DNA of 61,995 nucleotides, the filler included, from Dimorphilus gyrociliatus (lineage: Eukaryota > Animalia > Annelida): NCBI GenBank assembly GCA_904063045.1. It is 3 parts of 3 records of this genome, joined end to end, with 100 filler letters (N's around TTAATTAATTAA, not from the genome) between each part and the next. Parts side by side here need not be neighbours in the genome. Positions count along the whole stretch, not along the records: positions 21,008 to 50,375 come from CAJFCJ010000065.1; 2 more parts are not named here. The stretch is one strand, 5' to 3'. The notes beneath the pieces were generated by a model that saw only the letters and a list, made by a program, of their open reading frames with translations, was not told the origin of the DNA and made no database searches. Of the stretch, positions 39,401-50,475 are shown in pieces (positions within the stretch are counted from its first letter, which is position 1; each line of letters opens with the position of its first letter). Position numbers and translations under genes: made by a program.

Positions 39401-39505
39401 AAACAAAACAAGAACTTGTGACAAACCCACCTCCAAAACCCGGAGGTAACGATTGTATTGGAAATGCAACAATGTTTGCCAGTTGCAATTTGACAGCTTG
39501 TAAAG
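39385..39505 (+). pseudogene. Partial inverted copy of TSP1 exon 3 (29444-29673)
   Basis: GGAGGTAACGATTGTATTGGAAATGCAACAATGTTTGCCAGTTGCAATTTGACAGCTTGTAAAG plus the following intron is shared. Confidence 0.85.
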
Positions 39506-39752
39506 GTAAAATTTTATGTTTTCTATTAAAAAAATCAAAAACATAAACATTTCACAGCATTATAAATAAATATAAAACCACACCAATGAATTGACACAAA
39601 TCAAATCAAAGAAATATGGTTTACTCTCAATTGGATATTAAATCAGAGATGTTAGAATAGGAAAGATTTTTCATCTGTTATGTAACTATTTCAACTATAT
39701 AACTAATGATGAATCATTTTTATCATAATTCCCCTGCAATTATTGAAGATGA

Positions 39753-42700
39753 CTAACACGAATAGGACTCATAAGCATACACCACAGTCGATTTGTAATA
39801 TTCATACCTTTCAATAAAATCTTCATTACCTTCCAGCTTAATGGATTGAAGTTTTGGACATTTATTAATCAGCTTGTTAAAGTTACAACAAGTATTATTC
39901 TTTAAATTGCAGTATTCTAAATTGATCTCCTCCAAACAGAGAGATGACTTGCAAAGATTTTCAAAAACTTCCATAATTACATCTCCCATATTTTCATTTA
40001 AACTTAAATCAATTGTTTTAATGTGTGGACATATATATAAAAGATCTGCAAGATCTTCACAGTCTTTTTCTCCTAATTTACTATTAGAAAATGCAATTTC
40101 ATTTAAATAACAACTTGAACTTTTAAGTCCATTGCATAATTCTCTAAAATTATATGATATGTTTGGATTATTTGAAAAATTTACAGATTTAATATAACTA
40201 GAAGAATTCAGAAGATTTCCAATAATTTCATATATTCTTAAATCAAGATTGCAATTACTGAGATTGACACCAATTAGACTATCTTTACATTCCCAAAAAT
40301 ATTGAAGAATTTTTACAAGTCCAGGTATATTTTGGAATGTTTTACCAAGATGTTCTGTTGATATTTTATATGAATTTAATATAATATTTCCAATATTTTG
40401 TGACATATCATTATTCCTTGTATTGATTTCACAAATTAATGTCATTTCTTCATCATTGATTGTCCCTTTAAAAACAAAACATATCAAATCATCTATTGAA
40501 TTTCCATGCAAATGAATAATTGGAATATGGTGAAATTTTTTCAACATATTTTTAACATTTGACCAAAAGTTATTATCCGTACCACAAAATCTAATGTCAA
40601 TCTCTTTCAGTGAATTTTCAAATAGAGTACAAACCTCCGCTGAAATTCTATTTTCACTTAGGCAGATACTTTCAAGTTTTGTACACTTTTTCAATAATTT
40701 GCCAATAAATTTTAAATGACTATCATCTAATTGACAGTTTTTAAAACTCAATTTCTTTAAAGTAGCAGAAGATTTTTCCAATTCTTTGAATATATTGTTT
40801 ACTTCATCTCTCAAATTGGAAGATAATATTACCGTTTCAAGTTTACAACATTTACTCAACAGTTGCGCTAAACCGTTTTCAGATTCATCAACGACAGGAC
40901 AAAGTGAAAAATCAATATTTTTTAACTTATTGGCTGATCTCTCCAATCCTTTAAAAATATTTCTTAATGAGCTTCCAATAACACAACTTAGATCTATTGT
41001 TTCAATTTTTGAACAATTCATCAACAGTTCACTAATGTTTTCAACTTTTTTGTCATTAACGTTACATGAACTGAAATTTAAAATTTTCAAATTTTTTGAT
41101 GATTTTCTCAAACCTTTAATAATTTTTGAAAAGCAATCATCTGATAAAGAAGCATTGCCTGAAAGATCAATTTCTTCAATGTTGGCGCATTTCTCTAAAA
41201 ACTTTCCTAAATTAGTATAATGACTGGTGTCTTCATGTTGAGAACTCAATTTTAAAACTTTTAAAGTAGACACGGAATTCTGTAAACTATCCCAAATACT
41301 TGTAATCTGATTGCTTAATTCATTATCCTTAAATGAGAATGATTGAATTTTACACTTTTTCAAAAAATTACAAACTTTATTAAATGATCTATGATTCCAG
41401 TCTCCTTGTGAAATATGAATTCTTTCAATATTGTCACGTGACATTTCCAGAGCACTGCAAACTCTGGATAGCATATTTTCATCATTTGCTTTAATTAATT
41501 CTACTGATTTTATTCTTGTATGTTGTCGTACAACAATTGCCAAATCCTTTAATACATTGAGATTAAGAGAAAGTTCACTTAATCTAATCTCTTTTATTGT
41601 ATTTGATGATATAGTCATCTGTTCAGTTATATTTAACAATAAATCTTTTATAGGTATGGTTGCCTTCAAATTCAAAAAATCAATTAATTTTAGCCTATTT
41701 GGACATTTGATTAACAAGCTTAATAGAGGAATCCACGATTTAACGGCAGTTTTGCCTTCACTCAAATAAAGTAACTTTAATGAATTAGATGAATTTTTAA
41801 GGCCATCACAAATATTTAATATATCTTTCTTTTTATAGAAAATATTTTGAATATAAATAAATTCAATATTTGAACAAAATTTTAAGAATTTTCCAATATT
41901 TTTATAGCAATTTGAATTTAGAGCGCATTTTGTAAAATCTAAATTTTTCAAAGTATTACAAGAATTTTGCAAACCTTGACAAATTTTAAAGAAATCATCC
42001 TCTGGCACATCATATACAATTATTGGAAATGTTACCATTTGAAGTTTTGAGCAATTGTTTAATAATTCCTCAAATTGTTTAAGCATTTCCCTATTCATTC
42101 CGCATACAATATTTAATTCTTTTAATTTTTTTGCCAGTACATTAAGTGTAGAAAATATTGACCAAGGTTGAAAGTCTTCAAAACTACCATGTATATTTAT
42201 ACTTTCCATATTTTCACATTTTATTAAAAGATTTTCAATACAACGCAAATTTTTTAGTTTGCATTCAAAAAGTAATAAATCAAGTTTTCTTAGCGTCTTT
42301 GCAGATATTTCCAACGAAGTGCATAATTTAAGCAACTTTTTACTAGAACTTGAATAACAATGGATTGTGATGTTTTCAATACGATTACATTTCTGTAAAA
42401 ATTTATCAAAACATCTATGAGTTCTTTCATTCAACGTTTCAAATGTTATAGAAATTGATTTTAAAGAATTCAGGGAATTACTTAGTCCAAGCAAAATATC
42501 TAACCATTCCGATGTCTTTTGAATGTTTTCTTCTAAATTGAATACTTCAATTTGAAAGCATTTAATCAATAGCTTCCTAATCCATTTACATACACCATTA
42601 TCAATGCCAGAACGCCGAAATGTTATTTCTTTTAATTTTTTTGACGAATTGCCTAATCCTCTACAAATATTGGATAATCCATCTTTTAAATTAATATTAC

Positions 42701-42929
42701 CATTAATACTTATCTTTTCGATTTGAGTACATTCATTTAATAATTTTGAAATAGGAATACTATCTTCGTAATTAAGTTCAGCGTAATTAAAATTAATTTC
42801 TTTCAATGTTTTTGTTGATTTACTAAGGCCTTTGCAGATGACTGGCCAAATATATTCTGGATATAGCATTGCCTCTTGTTCTGAAATAGACATCATTTTT
42901 TTTATCGAACAATTTATTTGTCGAGTCAT
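39753..42929 (-). CDS. Intronless 1058-aa ribonuclease-inhibitor-like LRR protein (no NACHT, TIR, signal peptide or TM seen)
   Basis: Uninterrupted ORF with about 28/29-aa alternating LRRs throughout (LKEINF..., CxxIExIDLSxN). Confidence 0.9.
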   Translation of the reverse strand: MTRQINCSIKKMMSISEQEAMLYPEYIWPVICKGLSKSTKTLKEINFNYAELNYEDSIPISKLLNECTQIEKISINGNINLKDGLSNICRGLGNSSKKLKEITFRRSGIDNGVCKWIRKLLIKCFQIEVFNLEENIQKTSEWLDILLGLSNSLNSLKSISITFETLNERTHRCFDKFLQKCNRIENITIHCYSSSSKKLLKLCTSLEISAKTLRKLDLLLFECKLKNLRCIENLLIKCENMESINIHGSFEDFQPWSIFSTLNVLAKKLKELNIVCGMNREMLKQFEELLNNCSKLQMVTFPIIVYDVPEDDFFKICQGLQNSCNTLKNLDFTKCALNSNCYKNIGKFLKFCSNIEFIYIQNIFYKKKDILNICDGLKNSSNSLKLLYLSEGKTAVKSWIPLLSLLIKCPNRLKLIDFLNLKATIPIKDLLLNITEQMTISSNTIKEIRLSELSLNLNVLKDLAIVVRQHTRIKSVELIKANDENMLSRVCSALEMSRDNIERIHISQGDWNHRSFNKVCNFLKKCKIQSFSFKDNELSNQITSIWDSLQNSVSTLKVLKLSSQHEDTSHYTNLGKFLEKCANIEEIDLSGNASLSDDCFSKIIKGLRKSSKNLKILNFSSCNVNDKKVENISELLMNCSKIETIDLSCVIGSSLRNIFKGLERSANKLKNIDFSLCPVVDESENGLAQLLSKCCKLETVILSSNLRDEVNNIFKELEKSSATLKKLSFKNCQLDDSHLKFIGKLLKKCTKLESICLSENRISAEVCTLFENSLKEIDIRFCGTDNNFWSNVKNMLKKFHHIPIIHLHGNSIDDLICFVFKGTINDEEMTLICEINTRNNDMSQNIGNIILNSYKISTEHLGKTFQNIPGLVKILQYFWECKDSLIGVNLSNCNLDLRIYEIIGNLLNSSSYIKSVNFSNNPNISYNFRELCNGLKSSSCYLNEIAFSNSKLGEKDCEDLADLLYICPHIKTIDLSLNENMGDVIMEVFENLCKSSLCLEEINLEYCNLKNNTCCNFNKLINKCPKLQSIKLEGNEDFIERYEYYKSTVVYAYESYSC

Positions 42930-43409
42930 AAAAAGTCAATTTTGTGATCCACTGAAATCTCTGCTAATCTTCTTTATTGTGCTGTTTTTTATGATATATA
43001 TGGGTATATATAAAAAAGCTTTTTCTTCCTGAAAAGCAAATTAAGAGAATGTTTAACATGGGGGAAAAAAATCACAAAAATGTTTCATACTCAACAAAAA
43101 AAGAATGAAAAAGTAAATTAAACTAAACACACCTGATTAAAAAAGGCGGCTCTAACGAAATCTAAAAACAAGTTGAACTTTTTCTTGTTAGGATTCCTTG
43201 ATCAAGCATTCCAAGAGTAGAACTGAGAATATATGGATATAAAACTTTATTGGTTATAAGATAAGATAAAATCTCATAGTTTCAAGTACACTTGTAAAGG
43301 TAATGAATTATTCATATTTGTTTTGGATTCGGTCAAGAAGGCCTGTATTGCTACTAACTGACTCAGAGATATTCTAAAATATATTAGGAGTTAGACAAAA
43401 ATCCGATCT

Positions 43410-43800
43410 CACAGCCAACAATTGTAAAAGGAGAAATTTTTTGTCTTCAGATGATCAGTGATAATCTAGACTGGTCTAAAGTACAGACGAGGTTAGATTC
43501 TCAATAAGTGAGCCATATGATTTTCATTTGTGAACCAAAGATGGTGAAAAAGACATTACGGTGACAAAAAATATGGGCAGAGGTGGATTAATGGTCTGGG
43601 AGCTCATAACATCTGATGGAATATTTGAGATATGGAGGCTAAAGAAAAAACTTAATGCTTACAATTACAGCAAGATAATGCTGGATGACATACTGCAAAG
43701 ATAACTAAAAGAGCCTTTCAGGTGAATGGCATCCATCCTCTTGATTGGCCAGCAAGGAGAACACATATCAGCCCAATTGAGAACATGTGGCTTGGAGGAT
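43410..43800 (+). mobile_element. Tc1-like fragment, inverted homolog of about 25680-26120
   Basis: AGTACAGACGAGGTTAGATTCTCAATA and CCCAATTGAGAACATGTGG are shared. Confidence 0.85.
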
Positions 43801-44430
43801 GAGTTATGCTGATGAGACAGACTTGTTACACAGTAATACATGTTGGCTATCTAAAGATTATATTTTATAATCTGTGATATAACAAGTCTTTCATATTTTT
43901 GTTATATGTGAATTATGAGACAATCAAATTTCACGTTTGTTAAGACTATTTGCTGACGAATTGGAAAGGTTCTATTTGTTTGCGTACTATGGTGAGTTGA
44001 TAAATGGCTGGTAAGGACAAATACTGTTCAGACTTAGGAGAAATTCCATCAATTGCAATACAACAAAGTCAAACAGATCAATCATTTTATTGGAAAAAAA
44101 CCTTATTTAACAAAATATAGCATTTCTTTTTAGGAAGTTTGAGTAAATCTTATAGTAAAAGCTTTGTAGTTTAGGTGAGAATCATTTAAATAATGCCTTC
44201 TTTACTTCACATAGATTTTATCAAGTTACAAATCTTTTCGTTGATATTTCTTCTATATCAGAAAATATAACAAAAGTTGTACAATATACTGTTTTTAACT
44301 GATCATTAAAGAATAATAATGTTACTCTATTGTGTAGATATAGTTATTGTGATATTAACTACTAATTTAGTTTTTTTATAGGCCAACAACACCCAATAAC
44401 ATCCATTTATATTTGAATAATATTCCAAAT

Positions 44431-45640
44431 CTATGCTTCATTTTTAGGCTGTTCATTTTCAGATTGTTCATTTTTTCTTAAAAACATAAAATAAGTTTTT
44501 TTAGATTTAGATTGTTCATCTTCTGAATATTTGAAAACATATAACTTTGTTGGGAAAGAATTATCAATAATCTCAATTATAGATCGATTTTGATAAACTA
44601 CTGTACCAATGTGATCATACTCCAAGCTTTCAGAGTCTTTAGATGGTTTTAGTTTAAATTTAGTAGATTTATCTAATTTAGGTGGAGAATTATTTTCATC
44701 AAAAACTTTTTTCACAATTTTATATGGTGATTTTTTATTATTTAGCTCAGGAATACCAAAATAGACAAAGGACTATGTTTCATATTAAAGAATAGTAATT
44801 TGACATTTTCTAATTTCATTTCATTTTTATTTAGGTCAATAGTCAAATTAGTTGGAGGTTCACTATTATCAATTTCCAAATCCAATGTAGATTCAATTTC
44901 AAAACCAATTGGATAGTGATGACTTTCAGGATGATAGTAAAATACTATGTCACTTTCTTTTATAAAATGTTTTTTTAATTCATCTCCACAAATGAAAAGC
45001 CTACAGAGAAAAAACATTCAATGAGAAAAAAAGGATTCATTTTCTTCTAGTTTAGATTACCTATCATTCCTTGCAGATTGTATAACACTTGTTTTCATTC
45101 CATTAAATGTAACATTCCGAAGTGTCCTTAATAAGAATTTTAATAATCACCATTAATGTTCTTTAGCAAATTTTCTAAATCTTCTGTTTCTGTATGTATT
45201 TGCAAAAGAAGAAGAAAATGAAAATTGTTTACAATCTGTTATAGAAAAAGGAAACTAAATCTTTGTTTTATTTTATAGAAATATAACAAAACCTCTTTTA
45301 AAGTAGAATTGTCACTTTTTTCTTTAGAAATTCCTTGAATATTGAATGAGCCTATTCTCAAATTTCTATGCCTATCAATGTACTCTTCACATGAAATTTC
45401 TTGATTATCTTCCCAAGATCCTCATTCCAGTAGGTTTGTAATTTCAGCTTAATGTGTGAAAGAAAATATAAGGGATTTTAAAAAATTCAATTTTAAATAT
45501 TTACCTTGTATTTTCTTTTATCAGGAGTAATTTCATACAAAATATCATTAAACTGTTTATCTTTATCATTCTTTCTATCAGAATAATTATGAAGGAGAAT
45601 TTTCGCAGGTATTTTAGATTCAAAGCTTTCCATTGTAAAT
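44431..45640 (-). pseudogene. Inverted paralog of the 23776-24763 gene remnant, with additional 3' coding sequence (44431-44715)
   Basis: ORF 44742-45017 is nearly identical to 24392-24763, with substitutions. Confidence 0.5.
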
Positions 45641-46063
45641 GTTTTTGTATTTCAACCGTCTTTAGTAACAACCATCAATCGATTGGCAGAAAAAAAAATC
45701 AATTTATAAGCTTTATTTACTGCCGCGTATCAGTGAACCTGTAATGATAGGGTAACGCCCATTATATGATTCATCAAAGAATCATGAATTGTTAATGAAA
45801 CTATTGATAATATTGAGTGAAACAAATCAATGAAACACTACATAATATAAACAAAAAAAAAACAGTTTTCAGGTGTTTTCTTAAACTAGATGTTCAAAAA
45901 CGAAGATAAGATATAACATAGCTAGATTAAAATTTATTCACAATAGAAAATGCAGATCATAATGATATCAAGAAAACAAATTACTTAGCTAAAAGTTGAA
46001 GTAAAAAACAGATTTGAAAAAAAGAAAATGTGATACTCTGAAGTCTGAAAGAAACCTTGTCAA

Positions 46064-46443
46064 AGGGGGCCGACAGAAAACGTCCCCAAGTGAGATTTTT
46101 GAAAGCGACATTTCGGATTGAAAAATGGTTAGGAGGGGTAAAGTAGCTTTTGATTTGTAGTTAGGGGTAATCAAAAGGGTTAGAGAGAGACAAGGGCTAG
46201 GTTAGGGTTAGGGGACGTTTTAAACAATACTACAAAGGATGCTGCACAAAATGTCCCCTATTTTGCAATTTTACCCTAACCCTTACCCAACAGTGGGTAA
46301 AGTAATTTCTACTTTTTTGTCCCTGACCTTCAGTTTGGCCTTGGCATAGACTGAAATCAATGAAATTGAATTTTTCCTAATCCTAAAAAAGCTCCTAACC
46401 AGCCCTAAAATTTACCTTCAGGAGACGTTTTGTCTGGACCCCT
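46064..46443. mobile_element. MITE-like element with imperfect TIRs and internal telomere-like GGTTAG/CTAACC motifs
   Basis: Left GGGGGCCGACAGAAAACGTCCCC vs right-end reverse complement GGGGTCCAGACAAAACGTCTCC. GGTTAGGGTTAGGGG at about 46200. Confidence 0.6.
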
Positions 46444-46745
46444 ACTACAAACCTCAGCCCAGAATTCCCCTATTCTTGAACTTGAGATTAGAAAAGATCC
46501 GAATATTAACACTATTTCAAGTGTTTTTTAATTGATTGAGTAGATTTTGATTATCAATAAATTAATTCAATATCTGTTTTTTATCTTAACTTGAAGATTT
46601 GATAATGAAATAGTTAAACTTGCTTTTTTTTGATAAAAAATGTAATAATAAAGAGAGAATTATCATTTAGACTGGTTTCTTAATTCTATATAGGCAGAGG
46701 CAAAGTTTTTATTTGTTTATTAAACAGTGAAAAACAGATTCTGTA

Positions 46746-48683
46746 ATGAAAAGTTTTATATTTTCACTTTGTAAGTATTTTAATTCTGTTTTTCTTTTTT
46801 GCTTTTTGTAATTATCTACTCTATTCTATATAGTTTGCATTTTGCAACTGTTTTCATCGTCACTTGGTTTTATATGTCCTGTTGATGATCAGTTTAGACC
46901 AATTAATGGAGCGTATAGAGATCCAGAGTTCTGTGGTGCCTATTATCAATGTATAAATGGAACTGCTTTTCCTCAGAATTGTCCTCTTGGTCTGTTCTTT
47001 AGATTTTCAACATTGGATTGTAAGATTAGAACTTGCACTGAACCTGAACTTGCGGATTGCCCACCTCTAGGGAATGCAACCATTGAAAACGAACCTTTGG
47101 AATGTAAATCTGGACAAATAGATTTTAAAACTCCATGCTTCACAAAAACAAATGAGTGCGCTCCAAATTTAAATGCAACAGTTGCTAGTTTAGTAGATTG
47201 TAGAATCTATTACCATTGTCAAAATGGAGTAGCTTGGCCGCAGCAATGTCCTCCTGGATACTTTTTCAATCCTATAGTAAATCCACGAGATTGTACAGTG
47301 CAATTATGTGTTCCACCCCAAGATGCGAAATGTCCTAGTGACGGAAACTGGTCCGAATGGTCAGCATGGGGCGATTGCGAACCAAGGTGTGGTGGTGAAG
47401 GAATTCGTACTAGAACAAGAGATTGCAATAATCCCCCACCCTCAAATGGTGGTCGTGAATGTTCTGGATTACCAATTGAAATTGAAAATTGTCAAACACC
47501 TCCTTGTCCATCTGGCGAAAAACCATGCTTTATGGTATCACTGCAGTCAACCATTAGTGTATCAGAGGGAAGAATCCAATGGAGTTCTATTGATGTAAAT
47601 CAAGATAATCTCTACAATCCTTTGACCAGTCGTTTGAATATTAAAGAGGCAGGAGTGTATTACTTTGCGATGACTGCAACAATGAGCAGACAAACTGGAG
47701 CACATCTTCGCCTTCAGAATATTGGAAGGGAGATTGATTTGAAAAGAGATAAAAATGAAGATGGTATAGAGCAAATAAGTAGAAGTGGTTTATATTTCCT
47801 AAATCCTTTGTTTAGTCCATACATCAATCAAATGTTACCCACCGCATCCCTACTAGGTAGCAATGCTGGAAAGGATACAAACTGGGTAGGATTTAAATAT
47901 TCAACAGATAATTATATTTTTGTTGGGTCAGATAGTAGTTCTCTGGAACAAAATTATATTCCATTAAATATTCTTGTAAATATGAGAGGCTATTCAATCG
48001 GTGCATCAAATACTGAATTCATAAACTTGGAAGGTGGAAAATATTTTATTCATTTTGGTTGTGGCATTGTGCCAAATGTTAATCTAAGAATCAGCATTTA
48101 TAGTAATAATCATAATACTCCTTATTCAAGGATACAAAGACTTGAAAACCAAATGGCTAGTTCCGATCAACTATCACGTAGTTTCATTAATGCATTACCA
48201 GCTAATTCTAAATTGCAATATAGATTGGATGGAGGCCATAATTCAACAATAGGCCTACCTACATACCTTATGGCATTCAAATTAAATGATAGTCTACCAA
48301 TTCTCTTTGTGCATCAAAGTTACAGATATCCATCATCTTGTTCTACTTTTATGCAGTTGATGGCTTTTAATGTTGTAATTGAAGATACAACTAATTCATG
48401 GACTATTAGAACTAGGGAATATAAAGTTCCAGTTACTGGTACATATTACATTGATATTAGTGTGGTTGTCATACTCAGAAACACTGTTGAAGCCTATGTA
48501 GAAGTTAATAATATTAGAAAATTCAGACTATTGAAATTTGGTAGATCTCATGGAAGATCAGAGCTTATATCAAAAGGTGGATTAATTCAAATGTTTAAGG
48601 ATGATATCTTAACTGTAAGATATAGAGGTTGTATGACAGCTGATGACATGGTTTCATCAATGGTAATCTTTTTACTACCATAG
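46746..48683 (+). CDS. Secreted protein of about 624 aa: signal peptide, 2x chitin-binding type 2 (CBM14), TSP1, 3x C1q-like; exons 46746-46770 and 46834-48683
   Basis: The 63-nt GTAAGT..TAG intron yields MKSFIFSLFCILQLFSSSLG. Motifs: CGAYYQCING...CPLGLFF, CRIYYHCQNG...CPPGYFFN, WSEWSAWGDC...RTRTRDC..GGREC, and GVYYF / GKYFIHF / GTYYID. Confidence 0.9.
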
Positions 48684-48859
48684 AATGGTTTTTCAAACTA
48701 GACTAATTCACTTGACTTCCTTTGCTCAAGTTCATATTTTAATAGATTTTTAGATTTGTAACATTTTCTCAAATAAAACTCAACGATTTCTTCATTCCTC
48801 TACAATTCATCTCGAAATCAATCTCAAATAAATCAAACAAGTGAATCAATAGAAAAAGA

Positions 48860-49560
48860 AATCATGGGGGTTTAATGTTTACATTTTTTCTATTTTTCAG
48901 TGTAACCATCCTCTTTTTCTAAACACTTGCTGACTCTATGCCCTACTCCCCTGTATAAATTTGGTAATAAGTTTGGTATCCTTTTTACACCCTCATAAGA
49001 ACACTTTTGAACTTTCTTCCATAATTCCGCCTCAGATTTGAATTTTAGCTGATATATCTTCTATTACAGGCAGAACATCTTCAACAATAAAACTGCTATA
49101 GTTGTCAGCATTCAGTTTTTTCTTTAGCCTCCATATCTCAAATATTCCATCAGATGTTATGAGTCCCCAAACCATTACTCCACCTCTGCCCATATTTTTC
49201 ATCACCCTGAAGTCTTTTTCACCATGATTTGTCCATGTGAAGTCAGGTCTTTGTCTCACTCATTTATACCTGAAATTTTGTCTTTTCAGCTCCATACATC
49301 TGCTTCTAATTCCTGGAAAATTTTTCCTGCTATCACCCTTTCTTTATTTATTTCTAATTTCTTTAGTATTCTTTTCATCCTGCCTATGTCTCTCTCTGTA
49401 AGTCTCTTTGAACAACCCTTATTCTCCTGTTCTAGTGGATTGATATCATATAATATTGCTAACTGATGATTGTGCCATTCCCAAAATCTTTGCTGTTGCT
49501 CTTAATTTTCCTATTTTCTTGTATTTCCTTAGTACAAGATTCCCAATGTCTTTACTCCAC
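48860..49560 (-). mobile_element. Internally deleted Tc1-like transposase
   Basis: ENKGCSKRLTERDIGRMK and WTNHGEKDFRVMKNMGRGGVMVWGLITSDG; same family as 25400-26530. Confidence 0.85.
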
Positions 49561-50375
49561 ATCATAGTTAAATAAATACAATAAAAATTAACCAATATAT
49601 TTAAATTGACAATAATAGATAAATTTAACTTGGATAATTGAACAAGTCAAAAAAATTTTAGTTTACAATGTTTTTTTTAATGCCAAACTGGAAATCAAGT
49701 GTCTGTTCCAATAATTATGAAACACAGCCAAATAAAGAAAAAATATTTTGCTAATAATATTCCCAAATATCATCATTTTCTCAATTTTTTTTTCAATATT
49801 ACATAAATATTACTCTTTATCTGTATAAATTTAGACAAAAAAAACTATTTTCATGGGAATGAACATTTTTGACCATTATTTGAAATTTGGCTTATCAAAA
49901 TTTAGGGTGTTTCAAAATGTATGCGGATTTCTGTATACCTAACTAATAATTGAATTCTACAAGCTACTAATCACCTTATGGTATTAGCCAATTCATTTTC
50001 AGGTATAAGACATATAATTTCATTCTATCGAAATCTGTTTAAACTGCATCCGGTTTGAACAGTAGATCAGGGCACTTTTTACTATGAGACTACAAATAGT
50101 TACAGATTTTTATATAGGTTCTGGTTAACAAAGGGATGCTTACCTTTTTTGAACATTTGTATATTAATATCTGTTGTATAGGTTAATTGGGGTTCAAAGA
50201 TCTGAAATTGAGTTAATTAACTTAAGACTGAGGATGTAAATTATATTTTACTGTATTGTCCTAACTTGTTAAATACTCCCACTAGATGGCATTAAATAAA
50301 ATTTCATTTTCCCCAAGGACTCTTAACTTCTTCATAAGAAATCACTTGAATTTGTACATATTTAGAGTTCTACTA

Positions 50376-50475
50376 NNNNNNNNNNNNNNNNNNNNNNNNN
50401 NNNNNNNNNNNNNNNNNNNTTAATTAATTAANNNNNNNNNNNNNNNNNNNNNNNNNNNNNNNNNNNNNNNNNNNN
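50376..50475. other. Artificial contig linker (44 N + TTAATTAATTAA + 44 N)
   Basis: Identical to 20908-21007. Confidence 0.97.
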
